A DNA stretch of 64,000 bases from Candidatus Omnitrophota bacterium (lineage in GTDB: Bacteria; Omnitrophota; Gorgyraeia; JABMRG01; JAFGKX01). The notes below the pieces were generated by a model that did not search any database, was not told the DNA's origin, and was given only the letters and a program-made list of their open reading frames with translations. The stretch covers positions 98,527 to 162,526 of the forward strand of contig JAZDPX010000033.1 in assembly GCA_043797125.1 (NCBI GenBank). The letters run 5' to 3'. Every line of letters begins with the position of its first letter. Position 1 is the stretch's first letter. Below are positions 1 through 9,583 of this stretch, piece by piece. A program made the translations under genes and the position numbers.

Positions 1-15
1 CGAAAATCTCCAGTA

Positions 16-86
16 TTGGTTAATTGGTTAATTGGTTAATTGGTTAATTGGTTAATTAACCACTCACCACTCACCACTCACCAATT
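16..86. repeat. Head-to-head short tandem arrays: (TTGGTTAA)x5 then TTAA(CCACTCA)x3
   Basis: Read directly; the same two units flank the four-helix-bundle gene at 36578-36616 and 36996-37040. Confidence 0.95.
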
Positions 87-96
87 GACTACTTTT

Positions 97-255
97 CTAA
101 AATAACGTGTAAATAAACGGCGCGACTGCCGAGGACTCGGTAAATATTATTAAAAGCCCAAGTAACAACAACATAACAACAATCGGCGCAAGCCACCAGC
201 GTTTGCGCACCTTCAAAAAATCCCACAGCTCTTTTAAAATTGATAACTTACTCAT
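97..255 (-). CDS. SxtK-like / DUF5989 small membrane protein (52 aa; missing from ORF track)
   Basis: Manual translation MSKLSILKELWDFLKVRKRWWLAPIVVMLLLLGLLIIFTESSAVAPFIYTLF; the RKRWWLAP...APFIYTLF signature; lies downstream of SxtJ-like and carbamoyltransferase genes. Confidence 0.9.
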   Translation of the reverse strand: MSKLSILKELWDFLKVRKRWWLAPIVVMLLLLGLLIIFTESSAVAPFIYTLF

Positions 256-271
256 GCTTTGTCCCCTTCCC

Positions 272-352
272 GTAGGAGCCGCCTCTCCCTCGGCAGGCTC
301 GGGACACCTCGGAAGAGGGACACCGAGCGAAGTCGAGGTGCCGGCGGCGAAT
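272..352. repeat. GTAG-type REP-like palindrome interrupted by a second palindromic element
   Basis: GTAGGAGCCGCC...GGCGGCGAAT arms enclose CCTCGGCAGGCTCGG...CCGAGCGAAGTCGAGG; GC-rich island in an intergenic gap. Confidence 0.55.
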
Positions 353-365
353 GTTCGCTACGCAA

Positions 366-761
366 TTAAAACTGCTTCTCGTAACGCTCTATGTTTTCTT
401 GCGGAGTTTCTTTGGCAATCCAATATGTATTTGCCTTTTTGTTCCAATCTATATCCAAAAAACCTTTGCCGAATAATTTAGCTATCAAGCTTATGAGTGT
501 TAAAACCAAATAAAATAATGCGGTAAGAACCAGAAGCGTGGTAACCGCCATGATAACTTCTAAGGTTTTCTTGAGAACAATTTGAAGCGGCTTCAACGCA
601 ACCGGAGCAAAAATACCCAGAATAAAAATAACAGCGCTCACCGCGTAAAACCATGGATAGACATTCACGCGCCCCTTAAATAAATGCAGCGTGCCTATAA
701 TAGCCAATGCCGCTCCAAAAATAACTCCGAATTTTCGCAGTTCTTTCTTATTTGTTTCCAT
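366..761 (-). CDS. SxtJ-family membrane protein
   Basis: ELRKFG motif, hydrophobic segments, C-terminal YW...ERYEKQF; sits between the carbamoyltransferase and SxtK-like gene; start set at ATG 761. Confidence 0.85.
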   Translation of the reverse strand: METNKKELRKFGVIFGAALAIIGTLHLFKGRVNVYPWFYAVSAVIFILGIFAPVALKPLQIVLKKTLEVIMAVTTLLVLTALFYLVLTLISLIAKLFGKGFLDIDWNKKANTYWIAKETPQENIERYEKQF

Positions 762-774
762 ATTTCTCTCTATG

Positions 775-816
775 CTATCGACCATCGACTATAGACCATA
801 GACTATAGACTATCTA
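775..816. repeat. Heptamer array C(T/C)AT(C/A)GA x6
   Basis: ctatcga ccatcga ctataga ccataga ctataga ctatcta; includes the stop codon of the carbamoyltransferase. Confidence 0.9.
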
Positions 817-2649
817 ATCCGGTGCGATTTCACTTAAATCCCCTACTTTAATTTCTTCGGCGTTTTGTTCTTTCTTATTCAATAAATACGAACCCATTAT
901 AAGATAATCCATATTTGTGCGCATAAAACATTTATAAGCGTCCTCGGGAGTGCAACAAATAGGCTCTCCCCTTACATTAAAGGATGTGTTTATTACCAAA
1001 GGGCACCCTGTCAATTTATAAAAGGCGTTTATCATATCATAATATAAAGGGTTATCCTGCCGCTTTACAGTCTGCAGCCTAGCTGTATAATCGACATGTG
1101 TTATTGCCGGGACATTTGACCGTTTTACCTTAAGTTTATCAAGGCCCTTGAGCTTTTTGTCCTCTTCCTTACTCGGCAGCCGCTTCTCGTTTTTCACATC
1201 CGCTATTAAAAGCATGTACGGGCTTTCACATTCTAAATTAAAATACTCCTGCGCGTGGTCCAGCAAAACGCTCGGAGCAAACGGCCTGAATGATTCTCTG
1301 AATTTTATTTTAACATTCATTATGGTCTGCATGTCCTTGGAACGCGGATCGCCGAGTATGCTTCTTGAACCTAAGGCGCGCGGCCCGAATTCCATGCGCC
1401 CTTGAAACCAGCCAAGGACATTTTGAGCCGCTATAATCTCTGCGGCCTTTTGCGGTACAGCGGCGTTGGGCAATTTCACATGAGGTATATTTTTCCCTTT
1501 TAGGAATTCTTCGATCTGCTTATCTGAAAAGGACGGGCCTAAAAGCGTTGCCTTTTGCGAATCATTAGAGCCGTCGGCGTTTCTCTCCTTTGCGAGATAT
1601 ATATGCCATATTGCCAGCGCGGCACCTAAGGCTCCCCCCGCATCCGAGGCAGCGGGCTGTATCCATATCCTTTTAAAAGGGCTCTGGCGCAACAATTTTC
1701 CATTGGCAACACAATTTAGCGCAACGCCTCCGGCAAGACAAAGGTTTGTTTCTTTGGTCTGTTTATATACGTGGTTTGCCATTTTTAAGACCGCAGCTTC
1801 AGTCACGACTTGCACGGAACTGGCTAGATCCATATGTCTTTGTTCTATTTTTGCGTCAGGCTTTCTGGGAGGGCCGCCAAATAGCTCGTCAAATTTTCTG
1901 TTTGTCATAGTAAGGCCGGTGCAGTAATTAAAATATTTTAAATTAAGCTTCAGCGACCCGTCTTCTTTTAAATCTACGAGTTCTTTTAAAATCAAATCAA
2001 CATATTTTGGCTCTCCGTATGGCGCAAGGCCCATAAGCTTATATTCGCCTGAGTTGACTTTAAATCCGGTATAATAAGTAAATGCTGAATACAATAGCCC
2101 CAGCGAGTGCGGAAACCTTAATTCAGCGTGTATCTTTATTGTGTTTGCTTGTCCATTTCCATAACTAGCAGTAGCCCATTCGCCGACCCCGTCTATGGTC
2201 AAAATAGCTGCTCTTTTAAACGGTGACGGAAAAAACGCGCTTGACGCGTGAGACTCGTGATGCTCCGGAAACAAGATCTTGCCGTTAAATTGAAGCTGGC
2301 TTTCAATGTAATCTTTCAAGAAAAGTTTTTGTTTAATCCATGGGGGCATGGCCGTAAGAAAGGACCTTATGCCAAGCGGGGCAAAGGCAAGATACGTTTC
2401 AAGCAAGCGTTCAAATTTCACAAAAGGCTTATCGTAAAAGGCAACGTAGTCCATGCCGCGAGAATTTATCCCGGCCTGCTGCAGACAAAAATTGATTGAA
2501 TTAATAGGAAAGCTATAGTCGTGCTTGATCCTTGTAAAGCGTTCTTCCTGCGCAGCGGCTATTATTTCGCCATCTTTTAGGATAACGGCCGCCGCGTCAT
2601 GATAAAACGCTGATATGCCTAAAATATAGGTGGGTTTTTGTAGGCTCAT
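814..2649 (-). CDS. O-carbamoyltransferase, NodU/CmcH/SxtI family
   Basis: ILGISAFYHDAAA, AAAQEERFTR, EHHESHA, GRMEFGPRALG, NTSFNVRGEP motifs; start set at ATG 2649 (MSLQKP). Confidence 0.95.
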   Translation of the reverse strand: MSLQKPTYILGISAFYHDAAAVILKDGEIIAAAQEERFTRIKHDYSFPINSINFCLQQAGINSRGMDYVAFYDKPFVKFERLLETYLAFAPLGIRSFLTAMPPWIKQKLFLKDYIESQLQFNGKILFPEHHESHASSAFFPSPFKRAAILTIDGVGEWATASYGNGQANTIKIHAELRFPHSLGLLYSAFTYYTGFKVNSGEYKLMGLAPYGEPKYVDLILKELVDLKEDGSLKLNLKYFNYCTGLTMTNRKFDELFGGPPRKPDAKIEQRHMDLASSVQVVTEAAVLKMANHVYKQTKETNLCLAGGVALNCVANGKLLRQSPFKRIWIQPAASDAGGALGAALAIWHIYLAKERNADGSNDSQKATLLGPSFSDKQIEEFLKGKNIPHVKLPNAAVPQKAAEIIAAQNVLGWFQGRMEFGPRALGSRSILGDPRSKDMQTIMNVKIKFRESFRPFAPSVLLDHAQEYFNLECESPYMLLIADVKNEKRLPSKEEDKKLKGLDKLKVKRSNVPAITHVDYTARLQTVKRQDNPLYYDMINAFYKLTGCPLVINTSFNVRGEPICCTPEDAYKCFMRTNMDYLIMGSYLLNKKEQNAEEIKVGDLSEIAPD

Positions 2650-2680
2650 GCTTAGTATTTCTATATGTGTAGTAGTTAAA

Positions 2681-2709
2681 ATATTACTATATTTCGGTTG
2701 ATAGGTCAA
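2681..2709 (-). promoter_or_regulatory. Putative sigma70 promoter for the carbamoyltransferase operon
   Basis: TTGACC-17 nt-TAATAT on the minus strand. Confidence 0.4.
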
Positions 2710-2733
2710 GTTAAATACGCTTCACTTTTCTCC

Positions 2734-2761
2734 TTGCAATACAGGTTTTATATGATATAAT
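2734..2761 (+). promoter_or_regulatory. Putative sigma70 promoter (extended -10), near-leaderless
   Basis: TTGCAA-16 nt-TATAAT preceded by TG; the ATG is only 9 nt downstream. Confidence 0.55.
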
Positions 2762-2770
2762 TTCTGTGAA

Positions 2771-4024
2771 ATGAAACGGACAATTATTTTAATTATATAT
2801 ATTATACTCTGTTATTCTGTCATGTGCTATGCGTCTTCTGGCGGTTCTGTTGAGTTATATTTTGCTACGGGTGAAAAATCGCAGACAGATGAAATCGAGG
2901 ACCGCGACCTTTCCGGGGATTTCGATTATTATAAATGCGGCTTTTCTTCCAATCTTAATTTAGAAAAAAATATATCCTTAAAAATGGGGTTCGACCAATA
3001 TCATAAGGATTTTTCAAGTCTTAATCAATCAAACGCGGACACCGATGTCTACAAGATAGGCGCTGATTTTCTTATCCTGGATAATAAGGAAAGCAGTTTA
3101 AATAGCGGGCTTGATTTTAGCCTGCGCAACAAACATTACAAAAGCGCGCCTCTTTCAAGTTATGACCAGCAAAGGGTAGACGGCGCAATAAAATATAAAC
3201 TCAAGGATATTTATTCGCTTGATTTAAATGCGGGAATAAATAATTACGAATATATTAACGATTATGATAATGATACGATGAAGGCTTTTTTAAAGATATC
3301 TCCTGGCGTCTACCTTTTTGATAAGGCTCTGGAATTGTCGGGGTTTTTTAGGGTACAGCGCTTAGACGCATACGGTAACAATAAAGACACAACGGAAACC
3401 ATGCAGGGCGCAACAACAACCCTAAATCTAGATACGCCATGCCTAAATAAAATAAGGGCTCAATTTGAAAACGGCAAAGAAAACACGCAGGATACGGAGG
3501 ACAGGGAAGATTCTCTAAGGTATAAATATCAGAAATGGAACGCCACAACATATCATAAATTTTTCGAAAAATTAAAAAACCAGGTCGAATACGGGCAAAA
3601 ACGCAGAGTATATCTTGCTAACGATAACGATTATGAAAACTGGTACATAAAAAACAAGAACACGCTCCTGGTTATAGAGAAAGATCCTTTTGACATGGAA
3701 CTTAGCGCGGACTACGAGCATAAGGAAACGACCTTTGACAGCCAGCACACCAAAAGCTATATTTCAAACAAGTTGGGCGGCGGGCTTTCCTTCTCCAGAA
3801 GAGCCGACTGGTCCTTTGACCCTGAATTCAGCTTCACAGGCTATGATTACACGCCAGGCTCAACATCAACACAGAAATCATACAAGGCGCAGATCGGCGC
3901 TAAAAAATACATTAGCGAGGATCTTATTCTTGAGGGCTACTACTGGCACAAATGGAAGGATTATAAAAATAAGGCAGACGCCGAGCAGTGGACCTTGAAC
4001 CTATCCTGCGCTGTCAGATTCTAA
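2771..4024 (+). CDS. Putative outer-membrane beta-barrel protein
   Basis: Signal peptide, Tyr/Asp/Lys-rich amphipathic strands, C-terminal LNLSCAVRF beta-signal; only clear plus-strand gene in the window. Confidence 0.7.
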   Translation: MKRTIILIIYIILCYSVMCYASSGGSVELYFATGEKSQTDEIEDRDLSGDFDYYKCGFSSNLNLEKNISLKMGFDQYHKDFSSLNQSNADTDVYKIGADFLILDNKESSLNSGLDFSLRNKHYKSAPLSSYDQQRVDGAIKYKLKDIYSLDLNAGINNYEYINDYDNDTMKAFLKISPGVYLFDKALELSGFFRVQRLDAYGNNKDTTETMQGATTTLNLDTPCLNKIRAQFENGKENTQDTEDREDSLRYKYQKWNATTYHKFFEKLKNQVEYGQKRRVYLANDNDYENWYIKNKNTLLVIEKDPFDMELSADYEHKETTFDSQHTKSYISNKLGGGLSFSRRADWSFDPEFSFTGYDYTPGSTSTQKSYKAQIGAKKYISEDLILEGYYWHKWKDYKNKADAEQWTLNLSCAVRF

Positions 4025-5254
4025 CTCTTCTTCAGAAATATTACACACAGCAACTAAAATACCGGCAGTTATCCAGAAAATCGTTACTATTTTCAACGCA
4101 TATAACGAAGTATCAAAAAATGCGTTAACTAAATACGCGATAATCCCCGATACCAGGCTTAACAGAATGATCTTATAAAATTCGTCTTTTGTCTTCTTAA
4201 AACTCGACCTGGCCTTGGCAAATATCCTGAATAAAAAAAGTAAAAAAGTCCCAAGCCCAATCACGCCTATCTCCGCTGCCATCTGCAGGTATGAATTATG
4301 CGAATATATGCCGCCCCTGGGGTGCACTTTAAAGTTAGGGGCGACCAACGTGTATGTATTTATGCCCCAGCCTAAAAATGGCCTTTCCTTAATCATCTTA
4401 ATAGCTTCCTGCCAAAGGCCTATTCTGTATTCACTATACAATGTCTCCATGCTGTTTATTTCCTTTACCCTGCTTTCGACCTTCTGCGGCATAAAAAATG
4501 AAGTTATAAGCAATATGGCTAAAAAGCAGGCAAATATTTTTTTATTAAGCGCAAAAGTAAAAAATGACATGGAGATTAAAAACGCGATCCACGACGCGCG
4601 CACATAACTAAAAATAAGGGCAATAAACGCCGCTAAAAATAAGATAAAAAACATAAAGCGGTATTTAAAAAAATATTTCTTGCCAGCCGCCAGCCCAAAC
4701 AAAAGCGGGATATATGTAATCAAGTAGTTTCCAAAATCATTATGATGTAAAAAAGATGCAGTAATCATATAATCAAGATGCAGCGGGTATTTTCGGATTA
4801 AATCAAAGCCCGCGTAATACTGTATTGCGGCATCCAGGCACATTAAAGAAAAAGAAGCCAATAAAACAGAAATTAATATCTTAAGCCTTTTCTGCTCGGA
4901 AAACATATCCACTACGATTAGAAAAAATAGCGCGTATTCTATTGTTTTTGTGAACAATGCCTTTATGCTGTGGGAAAAGGAGAAGCTAAAAAGGCATGAT
5001 AAAAAATTAATAAAAATAAAAACTCCGAGCGCAAAAAAAATAAAATTGTATTTGTAAGCATACTTTTGAAAGGTTTTGTCTTTAAGCCAGAGTAAGACTT
5101 TTTTCACAACCCACGCTACAATTCCAATAGAACCAAATATTTCAATCCCAGCATTTGAAAAAGGTATTATAAATACCAAGGCATACATCGAGTACGTGGT
5201 AATGATATTTAGGCTTCTAATAATTTTTGACAAGCTTATTTCCTTTTTAAGCAA
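4001..5254 (-). CDS. waaL: O-antigen ligase family (Wzy_C/WaaL)
   Basis: Multi-TM; RASW, RIGLW...MIKERPFLGWG, HNSYLQMAAEIG motifs. Confidence 0.85.
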   Translation of the reverse strand: MLKKEISLSKIIRSLNIITTYSMYALVFIIPFSNAGIEIFGSIGIVAWVVKKVLLWLKDKTFQKYAYKYNFIFFALGVFIFINFLSCLFSFSFSHSIKALFTKTIEYALFFLIVVDMFSEQKRLKILISVLLASFSLMCLDAAIQYYAGFDLIRKYPLHLDYMITASFLHHNDFGNYLITYIPLLFGLAAGKKYFFKYRFMFFILFLAAFIALIFSYVRASWIAFLISMSFFTFALNKKIFACFLAILLITSFFMPQKVESRVKEINSMETLYSEYRIGLWQEAIKMIKERPFLGWGINTYTLVAPNFKVHPRGGIYSHNSYLQMAAEIGVIGLGTFLLFLFRIFAKARSSFKKTKDEFYKIILLSLVSGIIAYLVNAFFDTSLYALKIVTIFWITAGILVAVCNISEEELESDSAG

Positions 5255-5258
5255 GCAT

Positions 5259-6896
5259 TTATATTTTATTACGAATAATAATCTGGACTGTCTTTAAAAT
5301 AATCCATAAATCCAGCTTGAAACTTTGTTTTTGCTTGTATATCGCATTTAATCTCATTTTATGCACTAAAAGCCTATTATAATCATCTTCACGGTTGTTG
5401 CCGTTTAATTTGATTATTTCGTTGGCAAACACCAACTGGGACAAGCCTGTGACGCCTGGCTTAATATCTAGCAGGTGTTTTTTTGCAAATTGCTCATTTT
5501 TCAACCATTTTAAAGACAATGGCCTCGGCCCCACAACGCTCATATCGCCCTTTAAAACATTTATAAAATTTGGTATTTCGTCTATTTTAAAGCGCCTTAA
5601 AAATTTACCTATGTCCGTTACCCTCTTGTCGCCTTGATATGCAAACGGTAAATCTGTATCGATCGCCTTTTCAAACATAGATCTTATTTTATACATCGAA
5701 AACTCTCTGCCATTTAGGCCAAACCTTTTTGCCCTATAAAACACCGAACCTTTTGAAGTAATTTTTACAAGTAATGCACAGACAAGTAAAGGCAAGGCGC
5801 TTGATATCAAAGCTGCTGCTGAAAAAATTATATCAAAGAGCCGCTTTATCATAGCGTCATAGCTTATTTTGTTGTTGTCGACTAATACGTTTGCCCTGTT
5901 GATTAACAGACGCCTGAGGCCGGCAAAAAAACCTAAACCGTAAGAGACGTGGATTATTAAAAAAACTATAGGTAAAATAATAAAATATTCCAAACCATTA
6001 GCCATGGCCACTTTTGCTGTAAAATAGAACATAAGAATCGAATAAGCCCCGACGATTACGAAAAGCGGCAATTTTAAGCCGAATGATACGGCTACGGCTG
6101 CAATAATGGCTGATAAAACAAATAAAAACGGGATAAATTGCCTGTATTGCATGCTTTTGGGATGGCGTTTTGCAATCTCGACCTTCCAGTATCCATTACG
6201 GAAATTTTGGATCCACAGGCTGGCCAAATTGGTTTTAATATAATAATATATTTTTATCGACGGATTAAAAAATATCTTTCCTCCTCTATGCCGCAGCCTA
6301 TAATTAAACTCCGCATCCATGCCCCTTGATAGCGTTTCGTCAAAAAAACCTATTTTGTCAAAAACTTCCCTACGGTACGCGCCAAAAGCAACAGTATCCG
6401 CATATCCTTCCTTGCCCTGGCAGCGAAATTTAGGGCTGCCAAGCCCGAAATAACAGCCCGTTGCCAAAGAAACTGCTTTAGTAATATAGGTTTTGCCATT
6501 AGCCTCAATCTTGCCGCCAACGCAATCTGCTTTAACCTGGTCTAATAATGCCACATTCAAAGTTATAAAGTTCGGCAAGGCCCAGCTATGCGCCCCGAAA
6601 ATTATAATTATGTCGGCATCGCTGTGTATTATACCAATATTCAAGCCGGCAGAAGCAATCCTGGCTTTGTTGTACAGCAGCATAACCTTATGGTTGTTCG
6701 TAAGACCTTGCACTATATCTACCGAATTGTCGGTTGAGCCGCCGTCAACTACAATAATATCGCATTTATCATAATCCTGCGCAATTAACGATTCCAGGCA
6801 TTTTCGGATATACTGCTGCTCATTATACATGGGCACAATGACGCTGACTTTTGGCAGGTTAGCGTTTTTTGTACCCGTTGCAAAGTGCGTTTTCAT
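5259..6896 (-). CDS. GT2 glycosyltransferase (ExoA-like) fused to a C-terminal phosphoglycosyltransferase (bacterial sugar transferase) domain
   Basis: VSVIVPMYNE/VVDGGSTD N-terminus; IKRLFDI...DEIPNFINVLKGDMSVVGPRP C-terminus. Confidence 0.9.
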   Translation of the reverse strand: MKTHFATGTKNANLPKVSVIVPMYNEQQYIRKCLESLIAQDYDKCDIIVVDGGSTDNSVDIVQGLTNNHKVMLLYNKARIASAGLNIGIIHSDADIIIIFGAHSWALPNFITLNVALLDQVKADCVGGKIEANGKTYITKAVSLATGCYFGLGSPKFRCQGKEGYADTVAFGAYRREVFDKIGFFDETLSRGMDAEFNYRLRHRGGKIFFNPSIKIYYYIKTNLASLWIQNFRNGYWKVEIAKRHPKSMQYRQFIPFLFVLSAIIAAVAVSFGLKLPLFVIVGAYSILMFYFTAKVAMANGLEYFIILPIVFLIIHVSYGLGFFAGLRRLLINRANVLVDNNKISYDAMIKRLFDIIFSAAALISSALPLLVCALLVKITSKGSVFYRAKRFGLNGREFSMYKIRSMFEKAIDTDLPFAYQGDKRVTDIGKFLRRFKIDEIPNFINVLKGDMSVVGPRPLSLKWLKNEQFAKKHLLDIKPGVTGLSQLVFANEIIKLNGNNREDDYNRLLVHKMRLNAIYKQKQSFKLDLWIILKTVQIIIRNKI

Positions 6897-7911
6897 AATC
6901 TTTAATAACTTTTTTTGCGATTTCTAAGGGATTATGCCATCTCTCGACATACGCGCGGCTTTTTTGCCCCAGACCCGATAAAGTTTCTCTGTTTTTTACG
7001 ATTTCCTTAAGAACGCCGTATATGGTATCGGGCTGCGCGTTGATAACAGGCAAATCATTTCTCATCTGCTGAGGAATAAACTGTAAATCCTCACGCTTAA
7101 TATAACAAACCACGGGTTTGCCGCACGCCATTGCCTCAACTGAAACCGCCCCGTACCAGCCTATTAAAAGCTGATCCACCACAAGGTCAGCCTTTTTATA
7201 AATATCCTTTAGGCAATTATGGGGTGTTTTCTCGACGACCAACAGGTCCAGGCGATGGCCTTCCTGCTTTAATCTGTTCACCGCGTTGATAATATATTTT
7301 GTCCCCTTTATCTTTCTCTTGCTCGGCAAATGAATAATGTGAAATGTATTTTCAAAACCGTTGCCTTGGGATGGCGTCCATTCCCTTATATCTACGCTTG
7401 CGTAAGGCAAGAATTCGGCTTCAGGGCAGCTGCGGATAAGGTCGGGGTTTAAGGCGTATATTTTATCCGCATAGCGCCTTATGCTGTTAATTCTTCTTTT
7501 CTTAATAAAATCCGGCACCATGCTGTATCTAAGGGCGCTGGTTTTCATTAAGCGGGCGTCTGTTCCCTGCAAAGTAAAAAATATCTTCTTGCCTTTTCTC
7601 TTCAGCAGCGGCAGGTCAAGATGGTTCAGTAAAAAATACGGATAATCAAGGATGGATTTGCCGAAGTTAAAATGAAATACGTTATATTTTTCAATGGCAG
7701 AGCAAAGGAACCAATAGCGTTTCAGTTCCCTGCCGGGCGAAAATATCTTTTTTGCGCCGAGGTTTATATCCGCCGGATAACCGTAAGATGAGCTTCTGAA
7801 AACCATAACATCACTATTAACGCTATGCGTTCTCTCGGCTCTGGATAAACCCCATGGGTTTCCTCCTGTATCTGTCGGGCTGTGCAAAACATTTATTGTG
7901 TTTATTAGCAT
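6859..7911 (-). CDS. GT4-like glycosyltransferase
   Basis: KGT, DQLLIGWYGAVSVEAMACGKPVV motif. Confidence 0.85.
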   Translation of the reverse strand: MLINTINVLHSPTDTGGNPWGLSRAERTHSVNSDVMVFRSSSYGYPADINLGAKKIFSPGRELKRYWFLCSAIEKYNVFHFNFGKSILDYPYFLLNHLDLPLLKRKGKKIFFTLQGTDARLMKTSALRYSMVPDFIKKRRINSIRRYADKIYALNPDLIRSCPEAEFLPYASVDIREWTPSQGNGFENTFHIIHLPSKRKIKGTKYIINAVNRLKQEGHRLDLLVVEKTPHNCLKDIYKKADLVVDQLLIGWYGAVSVEAMACGKPVVCYIKREDLQFIPQQMRNDLPVINAQPDTIYGVLKEIVKNRETLSGLGQKSRAYVERWHNPLEIAKKVIKDYENALCNGYKKR

Positions 7912-7913
7912 TT

Positions 7914-8708
7914 CTAGTTCCTTTTGACGCCGCTTGCCCGCCAACTGATACCTTTATACAAGCTTATGCGGATATCGTTGAATTCGTTTGCGTTAAACCA
8001 GCTGCACACTTGCTTGTAGCTGATAAAATCAACCTGCGGAGCGTTGAGCTTGTCAAAAACATTAAGAAGGTTGCGCTGAAATGAAAATCTGCGAAAATTT
8101 CCAAAATACTCATAATAGGGCATCCTTTTTACGGGCAACCTATACAAGGAATACACAACCGGGTATAGCAACGCGGTAATAAATCCGGAGATTAGCAGCA
8201 GCGCTGTTCTTGATATTTTTTTCAGCAAGAGTTTCCTGGCCGGCTCAACTATCTTTTGCATTAAAAGATTGCCTTCCTTAGAATAAACCCATACAATCAA
8301 TTTGCCTCCGGGCTTAACATGCTTCTTAAGATTAGAAAAAGTCTTATCCGGGTTATCGGTATGATGAATTACACCTATGGCTATAACAACGTCAAATAGT
8401 CCGGGCAGGTTCATAGCGGCGATGTCATCTTCAATAAATGCTATATTGCTCAAGGAACCGCACCTGTTTCTAGCTATATCAATTGTATTTAAATCTACGG
8501 CTGTTACAGCTTTTGCGTGCTGGGCTATAAGAAATGTGTGGTGTCCCCCGCCGCAACCGCATTCTAAAACTGACTTGGATCTAATATCGTCAAGCGTATT
8601 GGGATATATCCATTCTGAAAAAAGAGATGATTCCTCATCCCTAAGCATCTGCCACTGTTTGCGCCACTGGTCTTGCTTGCTTTGCTTTGAGGCTTGCGCG
8701 CTTTTCAT
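7914..8708 (-). CDS. Class I SAM-dependent methyltransferase
   Basis: VLECGCGGG, FDVVIAIGVIHHT, VKPGG; start set at ATG 8708. Confidence 0.9.
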   Translation of the reverse strand: MKSAQASKQSKQDQWRKQWQMLRDEESSLFSEWIYPNTLDDIRSKSVLECGCGGGHHTFLIAQHAKAVTAVDLNTIDIARNRCGSLSNIAFIEDDIAAMNLPGLFDVVIAIGVIHHTDNPDKTFSNLKKHVKPGGKLIVWVYSKEGNLLMQKIVEPARKLLLKKISRTALLLISGFITALLYPVVYSLYRLPVKRMPYYEYFGNFRRFSFQRNLLNVFDKLNAPQVDFISYKQVCSWFNANEFNDIRISLYKGISWRASGVKRN

Positions 8709-9580
8709 GCGTTCGACCTTCTGTAGAGTTTGGTTAAAAGAAAGGCCAAGAGCCCGACACAAAAAATAGGCATAAAACTTGCGATGCATATCGAGGCTAT
8801 TATACTGAGAAGCTTTACTCTGAATATAAAATAATTTCCAACCGCAAGAGCGATCCCGAAAAGTATATTAAGAGTACCCAGCAAAAGAAATAATTTTATC
8901 GGGTTATAAAAAAGTATCGCCTCAACTATTATCTGCGCTGTGCGCAAGGTATCGTAAAAATGCCTTACCTTGGAGGTGCCTTCTCTTTTATTCATCTGCA
9001 CTGGAACAAACTTGATATAATATTTGTTCAGCGAAAAGATAAGCGTTAACGTCGTGGTAAAAGAAAAGCCTCCGCACAAAAAAGGCTTAAACTGCAGCAC
9101 CAGGTCTTTCTTAAAAATACGCATTCCCGAATTTACGTCAGGAATTTTTCTGCCGCAGGCATATTCCACTAAAAACTGAAAGACGCTTCGCGCCGGCCTT
9201 TTTATCACGCCTTTTCTGAATTCCTTGCCAAAACGGGCGCCGACAACCATATCGTAGCCTGGATAGTACGAAAACAGCTTTGGCAAGTCATCCACCGGAT
9301 AAGTTGCATCCGCGTCAATAATGCCTATGCAGTTATAACGCGCAGCCTCGATACCGTCAAGCAATGACTTGCCATAGCCCATATTCTCGGGATGGGTTAA
9401 TAGAGTCATTTTTTTGGTCTGACACGCCTTTATCATCTGCTGCGTGTTGTCTGTTGAGCCATCATCGACAACCACAATCTCATAATCTTTAAAGGCTGCG
9501 TCCGCCACAGAGACTAGGCGAAGGAGAACGTTTTTAATGGCTTTTTCTTCATTATACGCCGGAACGATAATGCTAATCAT
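8705..9580 (-). CDS. GT2 glycosyltransferase (DPM1/GtrB-like)
   Basis: ISIIVPAYNEE, DDGSTD, DADATY, C-terminal TM helices. Confidence 0.9.
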   Translation of the reverse strand: MISIIVPAYNEEKAIKNVLLRLVSVADAAFKDYEIVVVDDGSTDNTQQMIKACQTKKMTLLTHPENMGYGKSLLDGIEAARYNCIGIIDADATYPVDDLPKLFSYYPGYDMVVGARFGKEFRKGVIKRPARSVFQFLVEYACGRKIPDVNSGMRIFKKDLVLQFKPFLCGGFSFTTTLTLIFSLNKYYIKFVPVQMNKREGTSKVRHFYDTLRTAQIIVEAILFYNPIKLFLLLGTLNILFGIALAVGNYFIFRVKLLSIIASICIASFMPIFCVGLLAFLLTKLYRRSNA

Positions 9581-9583
9581 ATT

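Noticed and set aside
16-86. CRISPR array or telomere-like repeat
   Set aside because: Units are 7-8 bp with no spacers, there are no cas genes, and identical arrays occur internally
203-481. 92-aa plus-strand ORF
   Set aside because: Spans the palindromic element and overlaps two real minus-strand genes
97-2649. Saxitoxin biosynthesis (sxtI/J/K-like trio)
   Set aside because: No sxtA/G/B or other core genes; this trio is widespread in glycan loci
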